From NCBI GenBank assembly GCA_965112735.1, contig OZ218959.1, positions 3,224,001 to 3,288,000 on the forward strand: a stretch of DNA of 64,000 nucleotides, read 5' to 3'. Source of the DNA: Phaeosaccion multiseriatum. Taxonomy: Eukaryota > Protista > Ochrophyta, other classes. Shown here one piece after another: positions 22,701-33,900 of the stretch. The translations under genes were made by a program, and so were the position numbers. How positions within the stretch are numbered: the stretch's first letter is position 1; each line of letters opens with the position of its first letter. The notes beneath the pieces are model-generated. The model had not been told where the DNA came from. It ran no database searches and worked only from the letters and a program-made list of their open reading frames with translations.

Positions 22701-25231
22701 TCCCCTCACCTGCGGCTGCTTTCATACTGATACATCATATCGACTGTGCTCACTCCGCCCCCCTCTCTCGCTTGTCCCCACCTCACAATGCTGCCCATCC
22801 TGAAGAACTGCGCTGTTGACTGCACGGGAAGCAATAGCTGCGAGGTGAGTCCGTTTTGGGATGGGGGGGTCGACGTCACGCACTCATCAACGGGAACGGG
22901 GCGCTGCACTGCTTCTCGACCCTCTCGCGCCCCCTCCTTCCACCCCACTTTCTCTCGTGCTGTGTTTTGTTCGATTGGTCTCCTCGCTGTGTGTGTGGTC
23001 ATCGTGTCTCGTGGCCTCCTTTCTGTTGGTCACTTCCGCTCCTCGCTCCTGTGCGTTTCTCGCCTCCTTGCGAGCAAGCCTTGTACTCCTGGGCCATCTC
23101 CCTGTCTCTTGGCGTGTCCGTGACAACAAAGCGAAAGTGGACGGGGCCGAATGTATTCTCCTGTTCGTCCTCTCGAAAGCGCTCTCCCAGTACTTGATTT
23201 CTTTAGTATGTGACCTCCCTCACCCCAACCGCCTTTACCTCTGCAGAATGCTATCCTGTTTGATTCCTACGCAAGTTGCGGCATCACTGCCTGCAGTAAT
23301 CTTCAGGTGTGTGTCATAAATGAGAGGGGGTGGGGGAAAGCCAAGCACAGGCCACCGCCGGCCCTGGCTGGATGTCTATGCGGCTTTTCTTATGTCCGCG
23401 ACTCTGCTGTCTCCTCCGTCGCTTTCTGTCATGCCTCGTTCCGCTGTGAACAACAGGTCGGGGACGAAACGTCATGCTGCGTGGGACTAGGGTGGTAAGT
23501 GATCGCAGCAAAGTGTCCGTCCTTTGCCTCTTGCGGCTCGGGAGGGCCGTACCAGGTGCTGGCCAAGCACTCCTCTTGACTGAGGCCCGCCCTCCCCTGC
23601 GCACTTCCTCACACTCCTCCCATTGAATCTCACCCCCCCCTCCTTTGTGCGGTCCTGCTTGTTTGCGCTCTGCCATGCCGCCTCCATGTTTCCCGTGGTG
23701 AACCCTGCCCGTGCGACTTCAATCGTGCCAAAAAGCCCCTTTCCTGCCTATCCTGCGGACCCTGGGTCCGACATTCCTGCTGATGATGTTGTTGACGGAA
23801 GGTGTCGAGGTAAGGACGAAGTGCATCGCGCGGGCGGCGTAGACCCTTTCTTGCATACTGAGCACCTCCGAGTGGTCATCGCCTCCCTCGATGCTCATTG
23901 CTTGCCTCTGTAGACTGACAATGTGCTCTATGTTTTGTCTGCTGGACCTGGCTGGGCTTCCCTTCCATCTCCCCCTCCTACCGCGGCGACATACGGTGAT
24001 GGTTGCCCTGTTGCGACAAATAGACTCTGACGACGACTTGATTCCGAACGAATACGACATGTGAGTGCCCTCAACTAAGGAGATCGTCGAGGGGGAATGA
24101 ATGAGTACTTGCGTGCGTGTGCCCCGTCGCTCTCTCTCTCTGTCTGGCTTCTCTTTGGTCTTAGCTACAGCCTCGTCAACCCCCCCCAGCCAGTCATGCT
24201 TCACTTCAAATGAAAGTGAAGGACCAATTGATGATGTTGTGTGCATGTGCCCTTGCTTAGCCTTAGCTATCTATCATGTACCGCGTACGAGATCCCTCCC
24301 TGTGCCCTTCCTTTGACCTGCCCCAGCCCCTGCTTGTAGAGGTTGTCCGTGTATGCGGGCGTACGACTCAGTTGGCTCCTTCCTGTGTGCAGCCAAATGG
24401 CCTGTCTCAGGCCTGTACCTTCCTTCTGCGGAAGACAAATTCCTTACCATGCATGTACTCCCTTCTCTCTGGCCCCTCTGCTCCTTGCGTTCCTTGCAGC
24501 TGCCCCTTCACATTCAACCCGAGCCAAGATATGTTGTGTCCATGACTGTGAAGGTGAGGAAGGGGCTGCCGTAGAAGAAAAGAACTTCAAACCGGGCGGG
24601 TGGAGGAGGTGCGAGCCTTGTCAAGGGGCGCTCCAACTAGAGCACGCAAGCTCCACTGGGGGATTAGTAGAGCTGACTGTAGTGGCACCAAAGAGGGTCG
24701 GATGTGTGATATGCATGGTTCTGGGTTAGCTCCTTCCTTTCTGAGATCTGACTCCGCACCCTTTCTCATGCACGCTCGTGGCCTCTCTTTTGCGCTTGTG
24801 CTGTGCACGCTCTTTCTTTTTTGGGCCTCTTGGCGCACCGCCAGCCCTTGGCCCCGCGGTGCAGTGTTGGCTAGCTAGATATCGACATTTGACATGCAGA
24901 CACCACACCACACCACACCACACCACACGACACCACACCACCGGCTGTAGCTAGGTAAAGTGAACATTGCTTGTGCTTGTGGGTGAGCTGCGTGGTCTGG
25001 GTGTGCCCCCCCCCCGTGCATATCTCCAATGCTGCGTGACCTGCGTGAACACCCCGCTCGCCTCTTTGCAGAGAGAGTCCACACTGACTACATCCCTCCC
25101 TCCCTCCCCTCCTTGCTTTTGCTTGCTCCTCGCAGCTGCCCGGACACACCCAACGCCCTCCAGGAGGATTTCGACGAAGACGGAGTGGCAGACCTCTGTG
25201 ACAAGTAAGGAGCGAGGTTTACAAGTGTGTG

Positions 25232-25288
<57 letters not shown>

Positions 25289-25355
25289 GTGTGTGTGCGT
25301 GTGTGTGTGCGTGTGTGTATGTGTGTGCGTGTGTGTGTGCGTGTGTGCGTGTGTG

Positions 25356-25387
<32 letters not shown>

Positions 25388-25663
25388 CGTGCGTGTGTGT
25401 GTGTATCCCCCAGCGCGCCTCTCTCTGTCTGTTCTTCGGTTTTGGCGTCGCTCGTCAGTGCCCTCGCTGCTCCACTTGAAATGAAAGCGGAGGACCATTA
25501 TTGCTGAATGCCGTGCCTTCATACCCGGCCATGGCCCACCTCGTACTCCCCCCTTCTTTGTGCTCCTGGCAGTACGGACCAGCTGGACTCAGATGATGAT
25601 AGAGTAGGAGATACATGTCAAGGTGATAGAAATCACAGGGGCCGGGCGGTGCCTGTATCGTAG
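17938..25663 (+). CDS. Secreted modular lectin-like protein: signal peptide, 3 circularly permuted F-type lectin (fucolectin/discoidin-like) domains, Cys-rich repeats, thrombospondin type-3 repeats
   Basis: Phase-consistent exons: 17938-18022 ([28 protein letters not shown], first codon ATA), 18387-18395, 18629-18637, 19084-19093, 19214-19605, 19939-19948, 20162-20541, 20857-20866, 21081-21457, 21779-21897, 22457-22471, 22806-22844, 23247-23306, 23457-23494, 23736-23809, 24024-24060 ([12 protein letters not shown]), then either 24500-24545 ([14 protein letters not shown]) or 25136-25204 ([22 protein letters not shown]) plus 25573-25663 ([15 protein letters not shown]...*). Lectin motifs: NLAEV.CY, LSS....PAS.C.DG...TFCHS, V.NR..CC..RI. 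Confidence 0.72.
18320..18705 (+). repeat. Tandem duplication (about 140 bp x2), each copy carrying a 9-nt micro-exon with its splice sites
   Basis: ~18320-18462 vs ~18563-18704 are near-identical (…ccag|xxxCTCCAT|gtaagtaaagaacgaattcgcaagctgctgc…). Confidence 0.9.
19830..21463 (+). repeat. Recent tandem duplication, period about 918 bp (intron + micro-exon + intron + lectin exon)
   Basis: ~19830-20547 vs ~20745-21463 are highly similar, including intron sequence. Confidence 0.93.
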
Positions 25664-27015
25664 CTAGCGTCGTTCATTCTCACAACCCTCCTCTCCCCCC
25701 CCTTCCTCCCATCTCCACAACACTCGGAGTAGGTCTTCCGTAACTACCCTCGCCGTGGTGGGCGGTTCTCGGAGGACTAGCGGTGGCTGGTTTATCAACA
25801 AGCGCCCTAGCTATCTCCATTCGTCCGTTCGATTCGGAATCGGACCTGGTGGGTGGTGATTCCGCCTATGAGGGGGGGCAGCTGCGGGAGTAGTTTAGTA
25901 GAAGTAGGAGAGTAGATTAGAAGGGAGAGGGGTTTGGCAATGTGTGAGACAATTAGTACATTTGTGTGTGTGACTCTGGTTTGGCGGCGTTCATCTGTTG
26001 AGTAGCTAAGGATGAATGTTGGTGACTAGTAGCGCTGTTGGTGAACCGTGTCTACGACCGTAGCTGCAAGCGCAACGCTAGGGTGGGTGATGTACTTTGT
26101 TTCGATGGGGTTGGCTGGTTGGGCTGGGTGGTTTCTTTGCTTTCATATATTTGATTTAGTAGGTTGGTAGAGCGTGTTGAGCCTTGGTTGCTGGTTGCCT
26201 CCACACAGAGTGTCGCGGCGAGGGGGGATCTGTGGTGGAGCTGGGAAGGGCTCACTTACGTAAATACCGTGTAGGGCATATATAATGTACGGTAACATAA
26301 GGGCGGGTGACGGATCTGAGGGGCCGCGGCGGGCCCCCTTCCTCACTCCTGAACCCGTTAGACCAATTGGAAAGCTTCCTTTTACACAAGGAAGCTTCCG
26401 TGGTCTCTGGGTAAGGCTAGCGCCTTTGCTCTTTCACCAGAATAGCATTATTGTTATCACTTCTCGCAACTCTCCTCCTTCTATCGGTAGTGCTCAGCTT
26501 GGGGGTTTATCTCCCCCTATCTCCAGCAAAGGGAGGTAGGTCTACCACAGCGGGTTCTCAATCGTGCTGGCCGTGTCCAGTCACTGAACCGCTGCGCAGA
26601 GAGTTGGGGGGGCATGCGTGGTTCATTGTTATTTCTGTACCTATGACGTCACGGCGCTGCTGTATGTTGTACTGCAGCCGGAATTATGGAGTGGCTGGCT
26701 GCCAATGACTGACTGGGGTGGAACATGGGACGTGGAAACAAGGAGAATTCATTCGGCAGACGTCACATCACAAGACGGTGATTCATCTCTCTAGTCGTGG
26801 GATAGTCGAAAGAGGTGGAGAGCGGTCGAAGAAGACGAGAGACAGGAGGAGAGAGAGATAGAGAAGTGAGCGATAAAGAGAGATCGACAAAGATCGAGTG
26901 AGGTCGACAGAGGTCGAGCGCGGTTGAGGGGGGTCGAGCGAGGTCGAGGGAGGTGGGGCAGTGCCCAGGCAGGGAGGGAGAGGGAGAGAGAGAGAGGGAG
27001 AAAGACATTTTTCCG

Positions 27016-28275
27016 TCATACATTTTGATGCTCTGCTCCTTCCCGTTGGTCCTCTTGCTGTCCTCCCCCCCCCCCCTTTTCCTTTCCCTCTCCCGCTCGC
27101 TGTTCTTCCTGGTCCTGATAGCTCGTCATCCACCCGATTATGTCAATAAACTCCGGGAAGGTGACGGAGGTGTTCTGGTCTGCGGCGCAGAGGTTTTGGA
27201 TGAGCGCCTCGTACTCATGAGCCCCCATTTCGAGCCCAATGCTGTGCAGCACCTGCTGCAGAGGGCTTTGTGTGTTGCCCCCCTTGGCCCTGCACGCCAC
27301 GAGACCGCACTTGTCTTCATCGAAGGCGTCAAAGCCTTGCTTGAGGATGGCAAACTCCTCCTCGGAGAAGGCCCGCTCTGACTGCCCCAGGCGGATGGCC
27401 CTCTGGTTCCTAATACTCGCCGCCGCGAAGCTCAGCACGGCCTTGGCACTCGCCATGTGCAGGGAGGGGAGCGTGAAGCTCTCGTCCGGCACGTGTTCCA
27501 ACACAAGGTCCGCCGGCAAGTCCTTGTACTCTCCGCAGCGGGGAGCATCGTCCACCCACTCTCCCTCGTATCTTCCGAGTGGAGAAGTAGAGGTACCTGC
27601 CCGGTCCTTCCTTCTTGTCGTGCATGTAGTGGTGGCCCTCGTGCATGTCACCATTGGGCATCTTCATGGCCCCAATGCCGTGCCGTGCCCCTGCTACCCA
27701 AGCGCCCTCGTAAATGGAGCCGTCGGCGAACACCATTTTGCCGTTTCCGTCCCTCTTGTTGGCCTTCCACTGACCCTCGTAGACCGGCCCCCGTCCTTGT
27801 AGGCTAGTACAGCACCCCCATGCCCTCGCTCCCTCTTGTCCTTGACTTGACCCAATCCCCGGCATACTGCTTCCGCAGCTTGTTGTGCTTCTTATCTTTA
27901 ATCCAAAGCGTCCCCTTGCCTTCCCTCGCATTCCCCCCCCATTCCCCCTCAGACTTGCTACCCCCCGCCCAAGTCATTGTGCCGTAGGCACTAGACTACC
28001 CAATCTTCTCCTTGGCTGCTTGGCTGCTTTAACCAATTCCCTTTGTACACATCCCCAGTGCGGTACGGCTGCTTCGTACTGGACTTAAAGAAGCGGATGT
28101 CGGTCGCATTGGCCTGGCTCCGCAGAACACTGTACATTGACGCCCTCGGCCCGCTCTTTTGCGCGATGCGGGAGCGCATGACGTCGCGGGCAGCGTCGTG
28201 CTACCCATTCTCGCTGCGGCAGCCAGGGCTTTCGGCCACACAGGGCCTACAGGGGGGAAGTGGTGCCCCCTCCAT
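27016..28275 (-). pseudogene. MORN3-like MORN-repeat protein with C-terminal EF-hand pair; intronless, multiple frameshifts and a stop
   Basis: MORN repeats are split across frames: AQKSGPRASMY..GDVYKGNW / YGTMTWAGGSKSEGEWGGNAREGKGTLWIKDKKHNKLRKQYAGDWVK / YEGQWKANKRDGNGKMVFADGSIYEGAWVAGARHGIG..KKEGPGRYLY / YEGEWVDDAPRCGEY..LPSL; EF-hand-like FDAFDEDKCGLV and VTFPEFIDII. No splice signals at the breaks. Confidence 0.72.
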
Positions 28276-28808
28276 AGTAGAACATGACAGAGAGGGGAAT
28301 AAGGGAGGGAGGGAGGGACAGGAGAGAGGACAAGTTGGAAAAAGAAGGAAGAGAAAAACGTTACAGAATTAACAACTGCCAAAATTCTTGTTGGCTTGAC
28401 AGATAGCTCTTATGGAGCCGCGGTGGTACTTGGTAGAGGGGGGGGCATAGACTCTATAGTGCTACAATGCAAAAGGTGGGCAAGGAGGATGCCGTCACGA
28501 GCAAAGCAGCGCGAGAGGTGAGCAGAACTTGATCCCACCTTGCTCTCTGCCAGAGCCCTCAAGCCCGCTCTCTCTCCCTGTCTGTTTAAGCCCTCTCTGT
28601 CTCCATGTCTGCTCAAAATCCCCCCCCCCTCTCCCTGTCTTCTTAATCCCCCTCTCTCTCCCTGTCTTCTTAACCCCCCTCTCAACGCCTGCTCAAGCCC
28701 TTTCTCTCCTCTCTTTCTCTCTTCTCTCTCCCTCTCCTCTGTTCTCGCCCTCTCTCTCACCGTCTGCTGTATCTCCGGTCGGTTCCAACTCCGACGACTG
28801 ATCTATGT

Positions 28809-30889
28809 ATGGTGCCTTTCAACAAGGCGGCCGAGAAGCTGGTGCCTGTCCCGCGCAGGCCTGGCCAGCTGCCTAACAAGGTCGAGCACCTCGATAATCT
28901 ATTCGACATGGTCGCTGCGAACTGGAAGACGTACATGGGAGAGAAGCCCACAGGAGACAAGCTCGTACTGATCACTGCTGTGTACAGGCAGGCTGTCAGA
29001 GGGGACTGTAAGGTGCCAGAGGGGTGAGTCCACATCGAAAGGGGTGGGCTTTGCAGTGAGCACTCCAGAGTTCCAGAGACAAAAGACTCATTGCCTGTTG
29101 CGCTCCTGTGCTCCGATCCGCCCCTCAGGGAATGGAGCACTCTGTTCGAAAAGCGCCTGCTGGAGAAGTGGCGCTCGTACAAGGGACACGACCCATCCAC
29201 CATGAAGCGGAGGTTCCTCAAGTTGCTCAGAGAGGTCAACCCAAGGTCCGTCGTGGGGCAGTGAGCTCAGCCGTGGCTGGTAGGAGGTCAATATCTCAGC
29301 CCCGTGTTTGACCTACCTCTCAGCCCTCCTCACCCTCTCTCGCTCCCTCTTCTGGCTCTCCTCCTCTTGGCTCGCTCGCTCCTCCCTTCCAGGCTCCTGA
29401 TTTGCCGGCCCTACACGATGGTGCCCTGGGGCTTCCCCAAGGTCAAGGGGAGGAGAGGCTTTCCTGACGATCTCATCTGTCCATACGCAAACTCCAGTAA
29501 GGTGGGAGCTGCATAGGACAGGCATGGAAGGGTGGGCAGGGGGAAGGAGGGAGGGAGGGATGGAGGGAGGGGGCTGTGGAGTTGGTTAGAGACCTTCCAC
29601 CCTTTGGATAACCTCTAACTTGCATGTTGGCTGTCGTCTGCGGCGTCCCGCTCCTCCTTCCAGGGCTGCCCTCGTCCTCTCCTCGACCGCTTCGGAAGGG
29701 ACTTGGAGACTGAACTCAACGACAGTCCCGACATTGCGGTACGTTGACGCCGGTGGCTGGCATCCTTCCACCTCCACACAGCACCGTCCCACTGCCCAGC
29801 CAAGCTCGTTTGGCAGCATGACCTCATCTTCAGCAAGTCTGTGGGTATGAGCCCCCGCCTTACGTTACAATCAACGCCATGTGTGTGCGGGTGTATATGC
29901 GTGGGTTTGGGTACAGGACTTTGTAAAGCTGAAGGAGTGGATGGACCATGTGGTGGCTCACCAGCGCTGCTCGCTGGGCCTTCACATCCCGATCACCTCT
30001 GAGCAGGTAGGGAGGTGGGGAGGGAGGGAGGAGGGAGGGAGGGAGGTGGGTGGGAGGGAGGTGGGGAGGGAGGCAGGGAGGGAGGTGGGGAGGGAGGGAG
30101 GGAGGGAGGGAGGGAGGGAGGGAGGGAGGGAGGGAGGGAGGGAGGGAGGGAGGGAGGGAGGTGGGGAGGGAGGGAGGTGGGGAGGGAGGGAGGGAGGGAG
30201 GGAGGGAGGGAGGGAGGGAGGGAGGGAGGGAGGGAGGGAGGGAGGGAGGGAGGGAGGGAGGGAGGGAGGGAGGGAGGGAGGGAGGGAGGGAGGGAGGGAG
30301 GGAGGGAGGAAGGGAGGGAGGGAGGGAGGGGAAGGAGAGGATGCCTCTCACTCACATCACCCTTCGGAGAGTCACAGCGCCCCTCGGGGAGCGTCCGAGT
30401 GACCCTCTGGGAGCGAAGGTGGGCGCCTGTCAAGCTTTGCCTGACAAGCTGTGCTCTGTGTGTGCCCCGCATCAACTCCTTGTCCTCTCTGCGTCCTTCT
30501 CTCTGTGCCCTCTTACTCTCGCGACGGCAAAGGCTAAGAAGTTCGTGAGCTTTTACGCCCGCCCCGAGTGCGGGGGCTTCAAGGCATACGACCCGAGCTC
30601 CAGGGGGGTCAATCGCGTATTCAAAAAGGCTCTGACGAAGCAGGTGAGCTCTCCTGCGCTCCTCTCTCACGAACGAAAGAAGAAGACAGCAGAAGACCTA
30701 CATATGAGTTTCCCCCGGAGTAAGCTGCAGACTCTATAGATGCCCTCATTCGCCTCGAATATGCTCCTTACCGGTCCACAGATTAGCTGTCTTGTACTGA
30801 CGTGTTAATTGTGTGTAAACTGCCCACTCCTCCTCCTCCTCCTCCTCCTCCTCCTCCTCCTCCTCCTCCTCCTCCTCCTCCTCCTCCTC

Positions 30890-30923
<34 letters not shown>

Positions 30924-33900
30924 TCCTCCTCCTCCTCCTCCTCCTCCTCCTCCTCCTCACAACTAATCCACTGCGCTTCACTCCCCTCTCTGTTCGCCCC
31001 CGCTGTTCGCCTCTCCCCCCTCCCTTCTCCTGCTCCTCCCCCTCCTCATCCTCATCCTCATCCACCTCCTCCTTCTCCTCCACTTCCCCCCTGTATCACC
31101 AACTGCTGCAGTTCCTGCACCTGGTCGACCTCCAAACTCGCCGCAGCTTGGCGCCTTCGAAGGTGCATAGAGACACAGTGAGGGAGCAGAAGGAAAAGGT
31201 CATGAGCATGCAGCTCTACTACGGTGGTAAGAAAGCTTACGCAAGCGCTCGATTGTCATCCCTCTCTCCCTCTCTGTTCTCTCCCTCCCTCCCTCCCTCC
31301 TTCTCTCCCTCTCTGTTCTCACTCCCTCCCTCCCTCCATCTCTCTCTCCCTCTCTGTTCTCCCTCTCCCTCTCCCTCTCTGTTCTCACTCCCCTCTCTTT
31401 CCCTCTCTCTCCCTCTTCCCCTCTCTCCCTCTCCCCCCCCCTTCTCTCTCTCCCTCTCCCCGCCCCCTTCTCTCTCTACCTCTCAATCTCGTGCAGCTCT
31501 CACTGGTGAAGACTTCAAACACGAGGCCCCATGTACACGCAACAATCAGCACTGCAACGAGAGACGCATCGCTGAGGCAGGAAACCATATGCACCCTGTC
31601 GTCATAGACAAGCCGGTCAGTCAGTCAGTTAGTCAGTCAGTCAGTCAGTCAGTCAGTTAGTCAGTCAGTCAGTCAGTCAGTCAGTCAGTTAGTCAGTCAG
31701 TCAGTCAGTCAGTCAGTTAGTCAGTCAGCCAGTCAGTCAGTCAGTCAGTCAATCAGTCAGTTAGTCAGTCAGTCAGCTAGTCAGTCAGTTAGTCAGTCAG
31801 TCTACTCACTCACTCACTCACTCACTCTCTCACTCTCTCACCCCTCTAGATTTACGCTTGTGACCTTTTCCCTCGCCCCTCCTTGCCTCCCCCCTGCGTC
31901 TGCTTCCCCTCTCACATGAATATCGACACCAATGTATCGACATCAATATCGACACCAATATCGACATCAATAACGACATCAATAACGACATCGACATCGA
32001 CATCGACATCGACATCGACATCGACATGGATGCAGGAAATCGCCCTGTCCGACTTCGACGGCGCGAGGGACCTTCGTGAGGAGTGCGAGCGCCTTGGGGT
32101 GCTTCCCTCTACGGGGGCCGTTCGGGGCCTCAAAGACCGAACTCTGCAGCTGCAGCTCAAGGTTGCTGACTTCCACCGACGGAGAATGCTCGAATACGAG
32201 GCGATCCGCAGGCAGAAGGTATGGATAGCGTATAGAGTAGAGAGGGCAGAGGGTATGGATAGGGTATAGAGTTGGGAGGGCAGAAGGTATGGATAGGGCA
32301 TAAAGTAGAGAGGGCAGAAGGTATGGATAGGGTATAGAGTAGAGAGGGCAGAAGGTATGGATAGGGTATAAAGTAGCGAAGTATAGGGTATGGAGTAGAG
32401 AGGGCAGAAGGTATGGATAGGGTATGGAGTAGAGAGGACAGAAGGTATGGGTAGGGTATAGAGTAGAGAGGGCAGAAGGTATGGATAGGGTACGGAGTAG
32501 AGGGGCAGAAGGTATGGATAGGGTATGGAGTAGAGAGGACAGAAGGTATGGATAGGGTATAGAGTAGAGAGGGCAGAAGGTATGGATAGGGTATAAAGTA
32601 GAGAGGTATAGGGTAAAGAGTAGAGACGGCAGAAGGTATGGATAGAGTATGGAGTATAGAGGGCAGAAGGTATGGATAGGGTATAAAGTAGAGAGGTATA
32701 GGGTAAAGAGTAGAGAGGGCAGAAGGTATGGATAGGGTATGGAGTAGAGAGGGCAGAAGGTATGGATAGGGTATAAAGTAGAGGGGTATAGGGAACAGAG
32801 AAGAGAGGGCAGAAGGTATGGATAGGGTATGGAGTAGAGAGGGCAGAAGGTATGGGTAGGGTATGGAGTAGAGAGGGCAGAAGGTATGGGTAGGGTATAG
32901 AGTAGAGAGGGCAGAAGGTATGGGTAGGGTATAAAGTAGAGAGGTATAGGGTAAAGAGTAGAGACGGCAGAAGGTATGGATAGAGTATGGAGTAGAGAGG
33001 GCAGAAGGTATGGATAGGGTATAAAGTAGAGAGGTATAGGGAACAGAGAAGAGAGGGCAGAAGGTATGGATAGGGTATAGAGTTGAGAGGGCAGAAGGTA
33101 TGGATAGGGTATAAAGTAGAGAGGGCAGAAGGTATGGACAGGGTATAAAGTAGAGAGGTATAGGGAACAGGGAAGAGAGGGCAGAACGTATGGATAGGAT
33201 ATAGAGTAGAGAGGTATAGGGTAAAGAGTAGAGAGGGCGAGAGGGCGAGAGGGTGAGGGGCTTGTATTGACTTCACGGACCACTAAAGGTAGCTTTGGGC
33301 TGGGGTGCGTCTGGGATGAAGGGAGGGGGGGGGGGGGGTGAGAGAAGCAGGCAGGCAGGCAGGGAGGCAGGCAGGGAGGGAGAGAGAGGGTCACTCGTCT
33401 GCAATCGGGCTAATTCTCTCTTGTGCATGCATTCCTCCCTAACCCAAATATCTCCTCTCCCTCCCTCCCTCCCTCCCTCCCTCCCTCCTCCTCTTGAACG
33501 ATCGACCCCTTCGATCTGTCCTCAGTGGCGAGAAGAGCGCTTACCTTCTCAATTGCGAGCCCTCAGCTCCTTCTCTGCCTCCCAATTGGACGAGCAGCTC
33601 CACGGTTACATCGATGACAAGAACCTTGACCTTGTGTGCCGAGTGGTGGAGAGGGGCGCCCCTCCGGACAGTGAGTCACCAAGGACAGGTCAGTGGGTCC
33701 GTAGTACGTCAGTGGGTGGGTGGGGGTGGGGGTGGGGGTGAGTGAGTGGGTTGGTGGGTGGGTGGGTAAGTGAGTGAGTGAGTGGGTGGGTGGGTGAGTG
33801 GGTAATGGGTTGAATTGGTTGCTTCGAAAGGGCGGAGAAAAACACCACGAATGTGCAGCAGTTCGAAGGGACGGACATGACTCACGCGGCCAAGGCGATT

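Noticed and set aside
25700-26760. Possible transposon remnant in lower-GC intergenic DNA (also 16800-17700 and 61100-61800)
   Set aside because: No recognisable transposase or RT motifs, terminal repeats or TSDs by eye; needs a repeat-library search
31912-33394. 454-aa and 471-aa minus-strand ORFs
   Set aside because: They are translations of the 34-bp intronic minisatellite, antisense to a well-supported gene
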